Part shown: positions 57,460 to 59,487 of the stretch, in pieces
How the letters are laid out: every line of letters starts with the position of its first letter
Numbering within the stretch: the stretch's first letter is position 1
Origin: Deltaproteobacteria bacterium
GTDB taxonomy: Bacteria > Desulfobacterota > Deferrimicrobia > Deferrimicrobiales > Deferrimicrobiaceae
Assembly: GCA_025356865.1 (NCBI GenBank)
Contig: JANXQJ010000085.1
Coordinates: 1 to 59,487, forward strand
Length of the DNA stretch: 59,487 bases
Reading direction: 5' to 3'
Notes under the pieces: model-generated
Database searches by the model: none
Seen by the model: the letters and a program-made list of their open reading frames with translations, nothing else
Told to the model about the DNA's origin: nothing
Position numbers and translations under genes: made by a program

Positions 57460-58440
57460 TTATCCTTTCGCATCCTCGAGGAATTGGCGCCCGACCCAGT
57501 GGTTCGCGAACTGGTACGCGATGCGACCGCTCCGGTCTCCTTTTTTCTGGGACCAGAGGATCGCCGCGGACGACGCCTCCTTCGTCCAGACCAAAGGCTT
57601 GCCGTGCTTTTCGCACAGCTTGCCGGCCCACCGGCGCGTGACCTCGAGGTACTGGTCCTGGCTGAACGGGTGGAAGCCGACCCAGAGCCCGAAGCGGCCG
57701 GACAGGGAGATCTTTTCCTCGACCGCCTCGCCGTGGTGCACCTCGTTGTTGACCATCATCGCGCCCCGGTTGTCGCTCTCGTATTCGGGGAGCAGGTGGC
57801 GCCGGTTGGAAGTGACGTAGATGAGCGCGTTCTCGGGCGGCGCGTAGACCGAGCCGTCGAGCGCGCTTTTCAGCATCTTGTAGCCCGAGTCGCCCACCTC
57901 GAACGAGAGGTCGTCCGAGAAGAGGATGAAACGGTACGGGCGCCCCTTGATCGCATCCACGATTTCCGGAAGGTGGACGAGGTCGTCCTTGTCGACCTGG
58001 ATGACGCGCAGCCCCTGGGGCGCGTAACTATGGAGCAGCGCCCGCACGAGCGACGATTTCCCGGTGCCGCGGGTTCCCCAGAGGAGGGCGTTGTTGGCCG
58101 GGAGCCCCGCGAGGAACTGCCGCGTGTTCTCCTCGACCGATTTCTTCTGCTCCTCGATCCCGAGCAGGTCCTCCAGGTGGATGGATTCGATCTCGGGGAT
58201 CGGTTCGAGGGTGCCGGAGAAGGAATGGCGTCGCCAGTTCGCGGCGCGCACCGTTTCCCAGTCGATCGTCGCCACCGGCCTCGGCAGCAGCAGTTCGAGC
58301 GAGGTCAGGACGCGCTTGAGCTGGTCGGTCAGTTCGGGGCCCAGCGTCAGTTCCAAGGATCCTCCGGCAGGAATGGAGTCCGTCAAGGTTGGAGGTTGCG
58401 GCGTGTCACTCGAGGCTACCACGTCGTGCCGGCAACGCAC
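57460..58440 (-). CDS. DUF815-family P-loop ATPase (AAA-like)
   Basis: LLWGTRGTGKSSLVRAL...RFILFSDDLSFE. It ends 3 nt upstream of the hemerythrin gene. The exact start is uncertain. Confidence 0.7.
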   Translation of the reverse strand: MRCRHDVVASSDTPQPPTLTDSIPAGGSLELTLGPELTDQLKRVLTSLELLLPRPVATIDWETVRAANWRRHSFSGTLEPIPEIESIHLEDLLGIEEQKKSVEENTRQFLAGLPANNALLWGTRGTGKSSLVRALLHSYAPQGLRVIQVDKDDLVHLPEIVDAIKGRPYRFILFSDDLSFEVGDSGYKMLKSALDGSVYAPPENALIYVTSNRRHLLPEYESDNRGAMMVNNEVHHGEAVEEKISLSGRFGLWVGFHPFSQDQYLEVTRRWAGKLCEKHGKPLVWTKEASSAAILWSQKKGDRSGRIAYQFANHWVGRQFLEDAKG

Positions 58441-58565
58441 AACATTGCGCTCCGGTGGGGTTCCCGACGAAAGGGCAACAAGGGCAATTAGTTACCCTTA
58501 ATTTCCTTCGGATGGTCGCTGCCCGAGGTTGGGCTTGGCGGTGCCAATAATTTTAGAATCATTAT

Positions 58566-58578
58566 TATCAAATAGTTA
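58566..58578 (+). promoter_or_regulatory. IHF-consensus site upstream of the sigma-54 promoter
   Basis: TATCAAATAGTTA fits WATCAANNNNTTR. It lies in an AT-rich stretch about 30 nt upstream of the -24 element. Confidence 0.45.
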
Positions 58579-58606
58579 TGGTGATTATGATGGATGGTTC
58601 CACGGG

Positions 58607-58622
58607 TGGCTCCCAAATTGCA
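58607..58622 (+). promoter_or_regulatory. Sigma-54 (RpoN) -24/-12 promoter of the PEP-CTERM gene
   Basis: TGGCTCCCAAATTGCA compared with the consensus TGGCACGNNNNTTGCW shows exact GG/GC spacing. It lies about 60 nt upstream of the ATG at 58681. Confidence 0.7.
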
Positions 58623-58680
58623 TACAGTATACAAGTTCTTCCTCAACACCGTTGCATATTCGCTCAAGGAGGATTCACGC

Positions 58681-59352
58681 ATGCGCAAGTCCGTCGTGCT
58701 CTTAAGCTTCCTGCTCCTGCTCGCCGCTCCGGTCATCTCCGGCGCTTCGACCGTCGCTTACAGCAACCTGGGGCCTGGCGACAGTTACATCAACTGGGGG
58801 ACCTGGTTCGGGACCATGGCGGGCAATGATAAAAACGGCTCTCCCTACTCCTTCACTTACGAGGCGGGCGCACAGTTCACTTCGTCTGCGACGGGCACGC
58901 TCTCGAACCTGGCGCTGGGCATGTTCCACAGCAGCGGCAACAACAACGTGACGCTCTCGCTTTCATCGGATGCGGCCGGGACGATCGGAAGCACGCTCTG
59001 GTCGGCGACGTATTCCAACAACCTGCCCGGGTTTGACGACGCCTATTACCTCAGCGGCCTCAACGGGCCGATGCTTACGGCCGGATCCACCTATTGGCTG
59101 CGGGCCTCGACCGATTCCGCGTCGATGCAGATCTGGGAAGGGAACAACCAGGCGATCGGCGGGAAGATGGGCCGGAAAGAGGACGGAAAATGGTATTACT
59201 GGGACACCACCGCCGACGCGATCGCCTACACCTACGCGATGCGCGTCGAGGTCGATCCTGCGGCTCCCGTTCCCGAACCGGGCACGATGCTGCTGCTGGG
59301 CAGCGGCCTGGTGGGCCTGGTCGGATACGGCCGGAAACGGGTTCGTCGCTAG
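58681..59352 (+). CDS. Secreted PEP-CTERM sorting-domain protein
   Basis: AAGGAGG ribosome-binding site. Signal peptide (MRKSVVLLSFLLLLAAPVISGAS). C-terminal VPEPGTMLLLGSGLVGLVGYGRKRVRR. Confidence 0.85.
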   Translation: MRKSVVLLSFLLLLAAPVISGASTVAYSNLGPGDSYINWGTWFGTMAGNDKNGSPYSFTYEAGAQFTSSATGTLSNLALGMFHSSGNNNVTLSLSSDAAGTIGSTLWSATYSNNLPGFDDAYYLSGLNGPMLTAGSTYWLRASTDSASMQIWEGNNQAIGGKMGRKEDGKWYYWDTTADAIAYTYAMRVEVDPAAPVPEPGTMLLLGSGLVGLVGYGRKRVRR

Positions 59353-59487
59353 CCCGCATTTCTCACCACGCTCCTGCTACGTCGGCGGATCCGGGCGTGT
59401 CTACTGCGTTCCGCTCGATCGGGCTCCTCGACGTAGTGTCAACTACGCCTGCGTCGCCCTCAGGTCGCGCGCCTTGTATCCACGCCC
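59349..59487. repeat. Second copy of the structured TIR element (runs off the end of the window)
   Basis: 59349-59447 is identical to 35043-35141 (99 nt). The sequences then diverge. A right-hand TIR was not seen before the window ends. Confidence 0.85.

Noticed and set aside
58623-58680. Possible riboswitch (for example c-di-GMP) in the PEP-CTERM leader.
   Set aside because: The leader is only about 50 nt after the predicted sigma-54 start, which is too short for known riboswitch aptamers. No conserved aptamer motifs were recognised.

Overview
High-GC (about 65% by eye) bacterial chromosomal segment. It is mostly core respiratory and housekeeping genes, with one clearly accessory patch.

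Gene order:
- 3' part of a complex I operon (nuoI'-J-K-L-M-N)
- zinc-ribbon rhomboid protease
- selB
- an in-frame Smr-ArsC ORF
- molybdenum-cofactor genes (mobA, moeA on one strand; mobB on the other)
- an operon led by mobB that encodes one 4Fe-4S subunit plus two tandem ~1070-aa Tat-exported TtrA/PsrA-like molybdopterin catalytic paralogs, with no membrane anchor
- orphan solute-binding protein (SBP) + MCP
- small Cys/His-rich secreted protein + czcCBA-type RND efflux
- UbiD-UbiA-UbiX
- CheY-like regulator + double-GAF protein
- small multihaem cytochrome
- GGDEF protein
- def-fmt-rsmB-rpe
- LUD protein
- half-size TauE
- a ~4.7 kb degraded mobile-element patch next to tRNA-Pro(CGG), holding IstB and IS91-type transposase fragments, a frameshifted methyltransferase and GT-C-like membrane proteins
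- beta carbonic anhydrase
- acyl-CoA ligase
- Mla/Mce-type transporter
- SBP + hybrid histidine kinase
- DUF815 ATPase + hemerythrin
- a PEP-CTERM protein behind a near-consensus sigma-54 promoter

Most notable observations:
- the FeS-A1-A2 molybdoenzyme operon, whose two Tat leaders are under strong purifying selection
- a structured intergenic element with perfect 23-bp terminal inverted repeats, present twice (first 99 nt identical)
- a second TIR-bounded element that exactly fills the fmt-rsmB gap
- the mobile-element scar, bounded by an 11-bp direct repeat and inverted TGACCC repeats

No CRISPR array or rRNA was seen. All functional calls come from motif recognition by eye; no searches or folding were run.
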